The notes under the pieces are model-generated. The model made no database searches and had not been told where the DNA came from. It was given only the letters and a program-made list of their open reading frames with translations. From NCBI RefSeq assembly GCF_006345805.1, contig NC_043003.1:69874001-69938000 (forward strand): a stretch of 64,000 nucleotides of DNA, read 5' to 3'. Source of the stretch: Octopus sinensis (taxonomy: Eukaryota). Below are positions 1 through 12,299 of the stretch, piece by piece (the first letter of the stretch is position 1; each line of letters begins with the position of its first letter). Both the position numbers and the translations under genes were made by a program.

Positions 1-1589
1 TTGCTGTCTGCTAGCCCCTAACCTGAGTGTTCCATCCACATGCCCTGTCTCCCTGTATTATTGCTATCTCCTAGCCCCCGACCTATGTGTTCCACCCACA
101 TGTAACAAGAAAACTTTTCCCTCACCCTACCTCAGCAAACCAATCTACATCTCCACATCTATTCTCTTTCTCACATTTCCTCCTTCATACACTATGCTTA
201 GCTCTCACTCCCCAATCTTGTCCTCATGGCCCTGTTCCTCTGTATCATTGTTATCTGGTAGCTCCCTGACTCTATATGTACTCAGGTTTTCACCACTCCC
301 TTCCCCCATCTGCACTCTTCTATCACACTTCCTTCGCAATATCCTGCCACTTATATTATGGCATTTGAACATCAAGGGTGTGCCCTGGCACTTGCCACCA
401 TCTATATCTCTCTCTTCCTTTTCTCAACCATCCCATTTATATTCTGATCCCCATTCCTAGTGAGTATGCCTGGCACTTTACCACCATCTCTATCCTGTTG
501 TCTCCCACTCTTTCCTTCTCCTTCACTTCTTTCAGGTTGAATAACCATGAATTTCCTTTGCAGTAGTGCACCTGCTTCTGTCTTTATTCCTGATCAATAT
601 CTCTCTCTCTGACTGGTTAACCTTGTACTTCCTCTACAGCAAGCCACCTGTTTATGTCTCTCTGCCTTCCTATAACCTTTCATCATCCAACACAAGATCA
701 CCTCCTCCAATGCCCCCTCCCCTCTTGAAAGTTCTTTTTTTTGCCTTGCAAGTACTTAGTGAGCCTGTCAGTGCAGGTGCCATTCAAAAGCACCCAGTCC
801 ACACTGTAAAATGGTTGGCATTTGGAAGGGCATCCAGCTGTAAAAACCTTACCAAAACCTCGCCTGTGCTTGTGCTCTGTAAAAAGCACTAAGTCCACTC
901 TGCTGAGAGGTTGCTGTAAAAATCCTGCCAAAATAGTCACAGAAGTCTGGTGCAGGCTTCTGGCTGGCCAGCTCTTGTCAAACCATCTCACCCATGCAAG
1001 CAAGGAAGGTGAACGTTAAATGCTGGTGGTGGCAGCGCCGGTGGTGATGGTGGTGGTGATGATGGTAATGATGATGATGATAATGATGATGATGATGTGT
1101 ATATATACATACACACACACACATGTATATGTATATATATTTACTTTTGATGGACAAAATTTCAGCTCATGTGACAGTTGGTAAGCATAAAAGAAAACAA
1201 GAAGATTCTCCATGAGGCAAATTGAAATTTAGAAAGCCATCAAATTATCACTGCAGAAATCTTTGAAGCATGAAATAAACACATTTTTATTACTTTTTCA
1301 AATGCAAAACAACAACAACAACAGGAGCAGCAACAACAACAACAATTAACTAAGGTGATGCAGTAATTGTGATATAACAAAAAAAAAAAATAATAATAAT
1401 AATTTAATGGTTTGAAATTTCAGGACAAGGCCAGTAATTTCAGGAGAGTGTGTTAAGTCAATTACATTGACCCCAGAGTTCATCATCATCAACTCACCGA
1501 AATATTGAATACAAGGTAAATCTACATTAATTCACATATTTGTTTTCTTGTGATTTACCTTGCATTTACTTCGCATTGTTTTGGCCTTT

Positions 1590-1595
1590 TATACA

Positions 1596-1629
<34 letters not shown>

Positions 1630-1636
1630 ATACATA

Positions 1637-1683
<47 letters not shown>

Positions 1684-1782
1684 ATATGTATATATATACA
1701 TATGTATGTATATATGTATGCATGTATGTATATACATATATATATATATATAGGTATATATATACAAATATATATATATATA
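1590..1782. repeat. Compound (GT)n/(AT)n microsatellite
   Basis: Seen directly; source of spurious YIYI/CVCV ORFs. Similar arrays at 18908-19010, 35365-35455 and 35660-35708. Confidence 0.95.
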
Positions 1783-1787
1783 ATTTT

Positions 1788-2157
1788 TTTTACTTGTTTC
1801 AGTCATTTGACTGCGGCCATGCTGGAGCACCACCTTTAGTTGAGCAAATCAACTCCAGGACTTATTCTTTGTAAGCCTCGTACTTATTCTATCGGTCTCT
1901 TTTGCCGAACCGCTAAGTTACGGGGACGTAAACACACCAGCATCGGGTGTCAAGCGACACACAAACACACACACATATATATACACATATACATATATAC
2001 GATGGGCTTCTTTCAGTTTCTGTCTACCAAATCCACTCACAAGGCTTTGGTCGGCCCGAGGCTATAGTAGAAGACACTTGCCCAAGGTGCCATGCAGTGG
2101 GACTGAACCCAGAACCATGTGGTTGGTAAGCAAGCTACTTACCACACAGCCACTCCT
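1788..2157 (-). mobile_element. SINE family B full-length copy
   Basis: High similarity to 24606-24966. Other copies: ~5710-6060, 6925-7300, 36940-37310, 25620-26075, 47036-47325. Confidence 0.88.
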
Positions 2158-2651
2158 ACACCTATATAGGTATATATATAGAGAGAGAGACATATATATA
2201 TATATCATTATCATCATCATCATCGTTTAACATCCGCTTTCCATTTTAGCATGGGGTGGACGATTTGACTGAGGACTGGCGAACCAGATGGCTGCACCAG
2301 GCTCCAATCTTGATCTGGCAGAGTTTCTACAGCTGGATGCCCTTCCTAATGCCAACCACTCCGAGAGTGTAGTGGGTGCTTTTATGTGCCCCCAGCATGA
2401 GGGCCAGTCAGGCGGTATGATCATATATTCTTATTTCTTTATTGCCCACAAAGGGCCAAACACAGAGGGGACAAACAAGGACAGACAAAGGGATTAAGTC
2501 GATTACAGTGCATAACTGGTACTTAATTCATCGACCAAAAGGATGAAAGGTAAAGTCAGCCACGGCGGAATTTGAACTCAGAACGTAGTGGCAGACGAAA
2601 TACCGCAAATTATTTCGCCTGGCGTGCTAACGTTTCTGCTAGCTTGTCGCC

Positions 2652-2792
2652 ATATATTCTGATTGTTGGGATGCATACAATGGTATTACTGAAATGGATG
2701 CAACACCAAAATACACCCATTTCAAGGTGAACCATTCGGAAAACTTCGTAGATCCAAAAACAAATGTCCACACAAATTCTGTTGAATGTTAG
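2652..2792 (+). mobile_element. Merlin (IS1595/ISXO2-like) transposase fragment
   Basis: Manual translation IYSDCWDAYNGITEMDATPKYTHFKVNHSENFVDPKTNVHTNSVEC* matches the ISXO2-like SDxWxAY...H..VNHS..FVDP....HTN..E motif; left end abuts a SINE. Confidence 0.85.
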
Positions 2793-3822
2793 GTCTCCTA
2801 GCACACTCATCAGACAATGGCCACATGCACCAGCTGATGATTGTGTTGGGACACCAGACATGTTATGAAACAATGTTTGACATGTTCTCAGCACATGAAA
2901 CTAATACTAGCACATAAAAATATATATTGTGTTTATTAAATAATATTTATCTCTCACCAGATGGAGTACATTTTTTGTTGATCTTAACATCACAGAACAG
3001 TACACTACACACACACACACATTCATCATCTACAAGATTGAAACAGATTGCACACATATATATCTTTTACTTGCTTCAGTCATTGGACTGCAGCCATGCT
3101 GGGGCTCCACCCTGAAGGGTTTTAGTCAAAGAACTCACCTGAGAGTACTTATTTTTGTTTATATCTGGTTCTTATTCTATCAATCATTTTTGCTGAGCCT
3201 TTAAGTTGCAGGGACATAAACAAACCAACACTGATTGTCCAGTAGTAGAGATGGATGAATACAACACAGACACAGACACACACACACGCGCGCACGCAAA
3301 CACTCACACATACACACAAACACACAGACACACACATTCACATGCGTGCACACACACAAACACACACAAACACATACACACTCACATACACAAACACACA
3401 CACACAATGAGCCTCATCACAGTTACCATTTACCAAATTCATTCACAAGGCATTGGTCAGCCCAGGACTGTAGCAGAAACCATTTAGCCAAGGTACCATG
3501 CAGCGGGACCGAACGCAAAATCATGTGGTTGCAAAGTGTGACCCTTTTTAATGATACAACCATGCCTCTGCCCCTTTCTCTTTATAGAGAAGGACGAACT
3601 CATTCACACAGACATATAAGTGTGTATTCATATCAACTGATGCTCTTCCGATAAGATGTAAGATGCAGGAAGGAGTGGTGATGTTGCATAAGATTTCGCT
3701 GCTCTTTCATTGGAGATATGTTTAAGGCAAACACTTGTAATGTGAGAGATTAGAGAAGGGAGACATTGAAAGTAAGTCGGGAAAATCTAGTAGACATTTA
3801 AAACAAGATTTGCAAAAATGGA

Positions 3823-3860
<38 letters not shown>

Positions 3861-3870
3861 CAACAACAAC
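3823..3870. repeat. (AAT)n(AAC)n microsatellite
   Basis: Seen directly. Confidence 0.95.
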
Positions 3871-4967
3871 GATGGTGATGGGAAGAAGAAGGGAGAAGAA
3901 AGAAAAGAAGAAATGAAAGCAAGGAAGTAAAAGAAAAGAGAAGAAATGGAAGAGGGAGATGAAGAGAGTTGCTGAGACATATTTTGTTCATAAAACTAGA
4001 ACAGGAAAATGAAAATTAAAAGAAAAACAGAAATAAACTGCTAAAAAAACAATCAGGAACTCTGTGAACTTAGAGGCTTGTTATTTATACTAACTTAATA
4101 TAAAAAAGCTTATAAGTATAATGTAGAGGCCAGTTAGATTCTTAATTCTCCAAATATTAGATGTGTTTAACACTGACATAACTGTAGAATTTTATATGGT
4201 AAATCAGTGGCATGGTGGAAAGTAGGATGGGTTGCTAATGCATCTGATAGAATTCCTGGCAGTATTTAGTTTCACTTCTTTGAACTCAGAGTTCAAATAT
4301 TGCCAAAGTCAAATTAGTCTTTGAAGAGGTGATTTATACCAGTTGAGTACCAAGGTTGATCCTCCCTCTCCCCCCCTCTCTCTCTCTCTTGGAACTGGCT
4401 TAGCAGCGTTTCTTCCAGCTCTTTATGATCTGAGTTAAGGTCCTGTTGTGAAGTCATCTTTATCCCTTTTGAGGAGGTTGATAAAATAAAGTACCAATCA
4501 TGTACTGGCATCAATGAAATTGACTTAACCCCTTCTTTCAAAACTGCTGGCCTTGACCCCCTGCAAGGGGCCAATGTCCTGCTCAAGGGGAATGATGTAA
4601 TCTCAGTCACTTATACACCATTTAATGTGAGCCTTAAGAGTGTAAGAGCTCAAGAAAAAAAAACAGTACAGTGCAAAGGGTCATGAGAGACTAGTCACAG
4701 CATCTGTAATGTAAGAAAGGATAGGAGATGCTACTGGTTTAATTTTGAAAATCTCTAGAGATCTATCTCAATAGAGCTTCCCATGCTCCATGATTTAGCC
4801 ATTGCAGATGATGATGAAAACAGTAGACTGAAGAATTACTGATTCAACCTCATGCATAAAAAATTTTTAAATTGTTTAAATTGTGGAATTAATTTTATGT
4901 GATGAGGCAGGAGAACAATCTAACATTTGAACAGAACCTTTTTCCAAAAAAGAATAAATCGTCACAT

Positions 4968-5225
4968 TTCACTTGGGAAATGCAAGCATAAGACCACCCT
5001 GCCTGGTGAAACTGTACCAACAGAGATGCCATCATGTATGAACAGAACAGGTTTGAAGGAGCACAAAGAAAGTGTGGACCAGGTAAGTTCAGAGCCAACT
5101 CTTTGCCTTCAACCCCAACAGACCACCAGCGCCTGACCTTTGATAGAGCTTTTCGAGCACACATCGGATGAATTATCCACAGCCAGACACACAAAACCTT
5201 GTCATCTCCTTGGTCATCATCATCA
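4968..5225 (+). mobile_element. RTE (BovB-like) LINE 3' fragment
   Basis: TWEMQA*DHPAW...YEQNRF...AQRK...DRAFRAHIG*IIHSQTH; C-terminal Zn-finger-like end. Confidence 0.7.
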
Positions 5226-5285
5226 ACAACAGATGAACTTGTAATAATAATAATTACCATTCCAAATTTATTTCAGATCAAAACC

Positions 5286-5516
5286 TATTTCTTTACTACC
5301 CACAAGGGGCCAAACGCAGAGAGAGCAAACAAGGACAGACAAACGGATTAAGTCGATTATATCGACCCCAGTGTGTAACTGGTATTTATTTAATCAACCC
5401 CGAAAAGATGAAAGGCAAAGTCGACCTCGGCAGAATTTGAACTCAGAATGTAGCGGCAGTCGAAATTCCACTAAGCATTTCGACCGGCGTACTAACGTTT
5501 CTGCCAGCTCGCCGCC
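5286..5516 (-). mobile_element. SINE family A (tRNA head + Meta-like domain + L1/Tx1-like tail)
   Basis: ggcggcgagctggcagaaacgttag...gttctgagttcaaattctgccgaggtcgactttgcctttcatc...cccttgtgggtagtaaagaaatag. Other copies: 2429-2651, 53103-53310, 37596-37760, 13270-13395, 19310-19436. The domain name is from recall. Confidence 0.8.
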
Positions 5517-7329
5517 TTCAGATCAAAACCTAATGTTAAAAAAAGGACATATTAGTCAATGTAGTCTAAGATATACTACAGCTAGAAAAAAAATGGGATG
5601 GTCATAGGTGGAGCACATTAGTCATAGATCTGCCTGATAATGGTTGATCTAGGGGTGAAACAACAACAGAAGAAAAAAAGGAATTAGGGTTAGTTACAAA
5701 GCTAGTTCTCATACTTGTTTCAGTCAATGGAATGTGGCCATGCTGGGGCACCATCTTGATGGGTTTTAGTCAAACAAATCAACCCCAGTACTTACTTTTA
5801 AATCTAGTACTTATTCCATCAGTGTCTTTTACTGAACTGTTAAGTCATTGGGATGTAAACACACCAACACTGGTTGTCAAGCAGTAGTGAAGGACAAACA
5901 TAAAGATACAACAGGCAGCCACACAGTCTCCATTAACCAAATTCATCTACAAGGCCTTGGTTGACCTTGGGCTATAACAGAAGATACTTGCCCAAGTTGC
6001 TGTGCAGTGGGACTGAACCTGAACTGCCACAGTTGCAAAACAAGCTTTGTAACCTTGCCTAGCGTGGCTTTTCTATCAGTTATGATGACAAGGGTTCCAG
6101 TTGATTCAATGACTAGAACAGCATGCTCATGAAATTAACATGCAAATGGCTGAGTACACCACAGACACACTTTTAATGTAGTTCTCAGGGAGATTCAGCG
6201 TAACACAGAGTGTGACAAGGCTGGCCCCCTTTCAAATACAGGTACATCTCATTTTTGCCAGCTGAGTGGACTGGAACGAAACAAAATAAAGGGTCTTGCT
6301 CAAGGACACAACGCGCAACCAGGAATTGAACTCACGACCTTACGGTCATGAGCTGAATGCCCTAACCACTAAGCCACACACCTTCAGTGTGTAACCACTC
6401 AGTCATGTCTTCAATTAATGTACATATTAATGAAACAGCTACTGATATGTTATCGGTAATTCTTTCATTACTGCTGAAGCAAACAGGAATCTCAACTTCA
6501 GCAGGATGTTAACAAACAATGACACAGAGAATTACATGTTCAACCTATTGTTTCAATGCTATTGCTCCCATCATTACCAGCATCATCATCATTTTTACAT
6601 CTGCTATTTTTTTTTCCCGTGCTAGTATGAATTAGACCAGTGATTCTCAACCAGGGTCCACGTCAGGGGTGGATTCAAGTGAGGGCCTGAGGGGTACGTG
6701 TCCCCTTCAGGAAAAGAAGTGTGCCCTTGGAAATAATGATATTATGACCATTTCTCCTGGAATTGTATTCCCTTCTGATTTTATGCCTTCCCTTAGAAAA
6801 ATTCCTGGGACCACACCTGCACGTGATCCTTGAGGATCCTGATAAGATTTTCTTGAAATTTGTCAGCAATAAATTTGTTATATTTCAAGAATACATAAAA
6901 TATTTTTTATCAATTATTTTTATACAAGGCATGGCTGTATGGTAAGAAGTTTGCTTCCCAACCACATGGTTCTGGGTTCAATCCCACTGCATGGCACATT
7001 GGGCTGGCCAAAGCCTTGTGAGTGGATTTGGTAGACAGAAACTGAAAGAAGCTTATCATCTCTCTCTCAGAATATATATTTATGTGCAAGTTATTTGGTT
7101 CTCTATTTGTCCACCACCACAACCACTTGACAACCAGTGTTGGTGTGTTTACATCCCCATAACTTAGCAGTTCAGCAAAAGAGATTGATAGAATAAGTAC
7201 CACACTAAAAAAAAAATAAAATAATGGAGTCAATTCATTCAATTAAAACTCTTCCAGGTGGTGCCCCAGCATGGCCACAATCAGATGACTGAAACAAATA
7301 AAAGAAAAAAACAGAAATTCCTGATAATA

Positions 7330-7660
7330 ACCAAATAATAACAGGATTTTTAAAACAGTGAATGGCTATGAGGTTCCACCCCAATAAAATAAGAACCAAA
7401 GGGGTGGAGGGGTGGCATACACGGCATTGAAAGATGTGCACATATAGATAGGCAGAGTAGTTGGCAGAGGTTCATTTGTTATGGGTCCACAAATGAGATC
7501 TGAGCCCAGCAAAAGAAAGGCAGGGTCTGTCACAAACTGTGCACACAAAAGGGTCACTAAGATTCACCTTCTCGATCGCAACATTCTTTTTTAAATCTCT
7601 CTTGAGTCTTGCATGTGTTATCTTGGCCTCCTTAAAAGCTTCACTCCACTCCATCCTTCA
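7330..7660 (-). mobile_element. RTE LINE 3' fragment
   Basis: Track ORF 7472..7654: FKEAKITHARLKR...FVCTVCDRPCLSFAGLRSHLWTH. Confidence 0.7.
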
Positions 7661-7743
7661 CCATATATACTTACATACATACATACATACATATACATAT
7701 ACATATACACACATACATACACGTGCGTGTGCACACACACATA

Positions 7744-9263
7744 CTGGGTGTAACAGCAAAATTGTCATGCTCACAAATTCTTAAAACATTTTAAAACCAA
7801 TAAGCTTATCAATTTGCAATTTTCCATGTTTTGCAGGTAAGATGACTGACCATACTGACACCAAGATTTGTAAGAATCAGTGAAATACACATTGAGATAT
7901 TAAGCTAGAACAGTAACAGGCTGAAATCGTTTTGTGCCAGCCTCACCATGTCTTCCCAACTGAACATCCATTCTCCAGCTTCATTCTCTTCAAAGTCCAT
8001 TCAAGAACCATCAAGAGAATTGCAAATAAGTTTGAGAAAACGGAGATGGCAGAGATGAAAGGATCAGGATCAGGAGGTCATAACTGCAAGAAGGGTCATC
8101 ATTTCAATCTGGAGTTGAAGAGATCAATCAGAAGAGATCCAACTCAATCTGAAAGATGCTTGGCACATGAAAGAGAAGTTTCAGCTATAACAGTTCAAAG
8201 AGCAGTGACAGAAGACTGGAAAATGAAGTCCTACATGATATCTATGAGGCACCTTGTTACTCCAGGACAAAATGTTAGGAGGCTGGAGAGGGCAAAGGTT
8301 ATCTTGAACAAAACGAAACACAATTCTGGAGTGACCTTTTACCCAGATGAGAAGAATTTCACCCAAGATATGCACACAGACACAACAGCCATGTTCCAGC
8401 CTCAGCTCCTCACAAGAGAACCAAGAATGTTATTTTCAGGTATAAAACCCCTGTCAAGGTAATGGTTTTCACCTGCGTAGCAAGAAGGTGTCATTGATCA
8501 TGTTTAAGAAGGCTGAGAGACTGACAGGAGTCTGTTATGTTCAGATTTTGAAAGGCGTAAAAACCCGGATTCTTTCTGAACATCCTAAGGTAAGAGACAA
8601 GGGACACCCCAACAAGATCGCTAAGGACTTTAAGTTTGTTTTCCAGCAAGATGGAGCTCCTTGTCACACAAGTTCAATGGCTCAAAAATTTCCCAGGAAT
8701 GAGTTTGGGAACAGGTTTTGGGATAAGGATACTTTGGTCTCCTTCATCATGTGATTTAAGCCCTTAAAACATCAGGATCTGGAATGACTAGTCAGAAAAG
8801 GCAAGCCCTCAAAAACTTCATTTGTAGGATGTGAAAGGGGGATATTGGTGAGAAATTCATTAAAAAAGCTTGTGATCTAGTCAGGAAGAGGGTTGAAGAA
8901 GACATTGCCAAAAACAGAGCAAGTCTTGAATGCCTAACAGGTAGGATTTCAGTCAGGATTCTCTCTGGCACTTTGAAATAAAACTTTAAGCTTCCATTTG
9001 AACTTTTTTACCAATCCTTTATGAGCTCCCAATCCTAAGCTATGGTTAATTATTTATGAAAATGTCATTTTCGCCAATGATCAACTTCATCCTGATTCTT
9101 CTGGTGAGCTTGGAGAGTAATCAATATTTTTTCTTGCTCAAAGAAGTGTCCAAAAGTGTTAGAAAAACCTCTGATAATTCCATTAAGTTATCATTAAGCA
9201 TTCCTGAGACACAAAGGTTTGAAGCTGAGTCTAAAATTTGAACAATTTTGCTGATACACCTGG
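7744..9263 (+). mobile_element. Tc1/mariner superfamily (maT/DD37D-like) transposon, full length, decayed
   Basis: ~23-bp TIRs ctgggtgtaacagcaaaattgtc / aacaattttgctgatacacctgg with TA flanks. Transposase pieces: RTIKRIANKFEKT, FYPDEKNFTQD, FVFQQDGAPCHTS, WSPSSCDLSPL. Confidence 0.88.
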
Positions 9264-9273
9264 TAAATATATA

Positions 9274-10550
9274 TCAGGTTATTAAGAATGAACTGGCTAA
9301 TTTTTAACTGAAAGTTTATTTTACTTTATTTCAACAAAAACCAATGCAGTTAACCAAAGTATGAACCTAAATTATCAACACTATTTTGCCATTTTATTGG
9401 TAGCTTATTTATGCTGGCAGCAAAGAATTCTGGAGAGCAAGAGGTGATGAAATCACGAAAGGCTGCTTTTGCATCTTTTTCAGATTTGAAGATTTTTCCT
9501 TGCAAAAAGTTGTCTAATGCCTGCAAAACAATATAGTCAGCTGGTGCAAGGTCTGGTGAATATGGTGGATGACAGAGTACTTCCAAGTTCAGTTCCTGTA
9601 ACTTCAGTAGAATTCTTTGTGCAACTGCTACTGTTAAAAAGAATCCATTTTTCATCACACATAACAATACGATGCAAAAATGGTTTGCTTTTATGCTGTG
9701 ACAGCAAAGAATAGCAAGTTTCAAGATGACGTGTCATTTGATGCTTGTTCAGTTCATGTGGTACCCACTTGTCCACCTTCTTTACCTTGCCGATTTGTTT
9801 CAGATGGTCCTATACAGTCAGAATCGAAACATCAAACCTTGCTGCTAACACATGTATAGTTTGAGATGTATCTGCTTCCACTACAGTTTCCAGCTCATTA
9901 TTATCCACCTTGGTCTCAGGTCTATCACGGGGCTTTAAAGAATGAAATGCTTTTTGTTGCTTAGATTCAGGCCAGTCCTTATTGAGCTGTCCGATGGTGA
10001 AGACATTTCAGGCGTGACCATAACCGATTTTCTTTTGTTTATTGTTCTTTCAGAAATGTATTCATTTTTTCTTTTATTTGTTACAGTCGGAATCGAAACA
10101 TCAAACCTTGCTGCTAACTCATGTGATGATGATGTATCTGCTTCCACTACAGTTTCCAGCTTATTATTATCCACCTTGGTCACAGGTCTATCACGGGGCT
10201 GACTTTTAAGAGTAAAGTCACCAGACCGGAACTTCTCAAACCATCGACATACAGTATGCCCTGCCACATCTTCACCAATCACCTCATTGATGCTTCGAGC
10301 TGTCTGGTACACATTGGTTCCACGAAGGAACTCGTATTAATAAAAAACACGAATTTTTTATCTGCCCCAAAAACTGATTTGCAAGAAAAAACTCACACTA
10401 TAATCAGACACCATGAACTGCATTTCGAAAAGTGATGATGTAACTCTTCAATGTTGTAAAACAAAAAATTGTCAGGATAAAAACATTAGAGTTAACAACA
10501 GTCAAGCTTGGTGCATAAGAAAATCAGACATTTCATACTTAATGACCTGA
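9274..10550 (-). mobile_element. mariner (DD34D) transposon, decayed, with internal duplication/insertion
   Basis: ~30-bp TIRs tcaggttattaagaatgaactggctaatttt / aaaatcagacatttcatacttaatgacctga with TA flanks. Motifs YEFLRGTN, WFEKFRSGD, WVPHEL, MCDEKW, HPPYSPDLAPADY, KWQNSVDNLGSYF. Confidence 0.93.
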
Positions 10551-10559
10551 TATATATAT

Positions 10560-10730
10560 ATGGAGAGTTTACGAAAAAAACAAAAGATGAAGACAGGTGG
10601 TGTACAAAACAAACAGATGTATTAGTATAACGCTCAGGAATAGGAAAAGTCTTTTACGTTTCGAGCCTATGCTCTTCTACAGAAAGGGACAAAAAAAACA
10701 AGGAGAGAAAAAGATGTGTAGTGGCTACGT
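10560..10730 (-). mobile_element. Penelope-like terminal-repeat fragment with hammerhead-like motif (10651-10686)
   Basis: Minus: cuuu-CUGUAGA-A-GAGC-auag-GCUC-GAAAC-GUA-aaag; homologous to 38540-38720. Confidence 0.55.
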
Positions 10731-11350
10731 GTGCGTACACACATGTATATACACACACGTATATACATACATGCAAATATATCCACATGCATAAATATAT
10801 ATACACACACACAAGCATAAACATACACATGTTTATATATACATACAAACACACACACATGATGGTCTTCCTCACAGTTTCCATCAGCTAATTCTTCTCA
10901 CAAAAGATTTTCTAGCTTGAGGCTCTAGTAGAAGACACTTGACCATTGTCACACAATGGGATTGAACTCAAAACATAGGGCTGCAAATTAACCTTCATAA
11001 CCATACTGCCGTGTTGCTTTACAGTGAGACATGCAACATGAACGTTTTTACAAAAAAGTGTGAGTCTGCTACATTCATGCCAGTGCTGGTGCCACATAAA
11101 GAGCATCCAGTCCATACTATAAAGTGGTTGGCATTTGGAAAGGCATACAGTTGTAAAAACCATGCCAAAACTGACCTTGTCTGTGTTTGTACCATGTAAA
11201 AAACATTCAGTCCACTCTGCTGGGTGGTCGGTGTTAGGAAGGGCATCTAGCTGTAAAAATCCCACCAAACCAGACACAGGTCTGGTGCAGTCTTCTGCCT
11301 GGCCAGCTCCTGTCAAATTATCCAACCCATGCCAGCATGGAAAGTGGACG

Positions 11351-11581
11351 TTAACCCTTTTATTACCAACCTGGCTGAAATCAGCTCTGGCTCTGTAGTA
11401 CAAATGTCTTGTTTTCACAAGTTTTGAATTAAAATCTTCCACTAAACTTTAGTCACAATTTATGTTCCTAACACTAGCTGAATGATAAACTAAGTTATTT
11501 TACTAAATTCTTTGTTATATTTAAAATTAATTGAAAGAAACACAGAACATCTCCACAGAAATACGGTAACAAAAGGGTTAA
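11351..11581. mobile_element. TTAA-flanked MITE (piggyBac-type)
   Basis: ttaacccttttattacc ... ggtaacaaaagggttaa; an inverted truncated copy lies at ~39270-39476. Confidence 0.8.
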
Positions 11582-11596
11582 ACAATGATGATGATG

Positions 11597-12035
11597 GCTG
11601 TGTGATTAAGAAGTTTGCTTCCCAATCATGTGATTTTGAGTTCAGTCCCACTGTATGGCACCTTGAGCAAGTGTCTTCTACTATAGTCCTGGCCTGACCA
11701 AAGCCCTGTGAGTGGATTTGATAGATGGAAACAGAAAGAAGCCCATCCAATATATATAAATGTATACAACTGTGTACATGTATGTCTACGTGCGTTTGGT
11801 CACCTTGTGGCATTGTGTGAGTGTTGAAAACAAGAGTGACTAATCATTTAAGCAACATCCTTCATCTCCAAGTTCCATGAAAACTTGTCCAACCATTTAA
11901 AAAAATTACTTTATTTGGAAACAGGTGAAGGTTAGCAACAGGAAAGACATCTGGTCATAAAATCTGCCTCTACAAATTCCGTCCAACACAGGCAAGCATG
12001 GAACTGGACGTGATGATGATGATGATGGTGGTGGT
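11597..12035 (+). mobile_element. SINE family B' (same head/core as B, different body, RTE-type tail)
   Basis: Head and core as family B, then ggaaacaggtgaaggttagcaacaggaaagacatc...gcaagcatggaactggacgtgatgatg. Other copies at ~55190-55570 and 39050-39260 (3' part). Confidence 0.75.
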
Positions 12036-12299
12036 GATGATATCTATATTATTAAAATATTCAAAATTTAATATTGATAAAAATAAAAAAAAACTTTCGA
12101 ATTCTTAAACAATAGGAACTGTTGCAGTAACATAATCTCGATTTTATGAAAGTTTGTCAATGATAGACATCTAAGATTTTTATATATTAATTTCTGACAT
12201 AGATTAGAAGACCACAAATGTGAGATTATAGTTAATTAATCTGTATCTACTTTATTTTACTGACCATGGTAAGAATGAAAGAAAAAGTGATTTGAACTT

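Noticed and set aside
8-102. Two ~35-bp similar units with a 60-bp period in pyrimidine-rich DNA
   Set aside because: Low-complexity decayed repeat at the window edge; no interpretable structure.
1540-1874. Long ORFs rich in YIYI/CVCV/HTHT (also ~3150-3650, 18588-19064, 31836-32150, 38709-39176)
   Set aside because: Translations of dinucleotide microsatellites, not proteins.
2288-2497. Recurrent peptide FLQLDALPNANHSESVVGAF in many ORFs, suggesting a gene family
   Set aside because: Antisense reading of the RTE-type retroposon tail.
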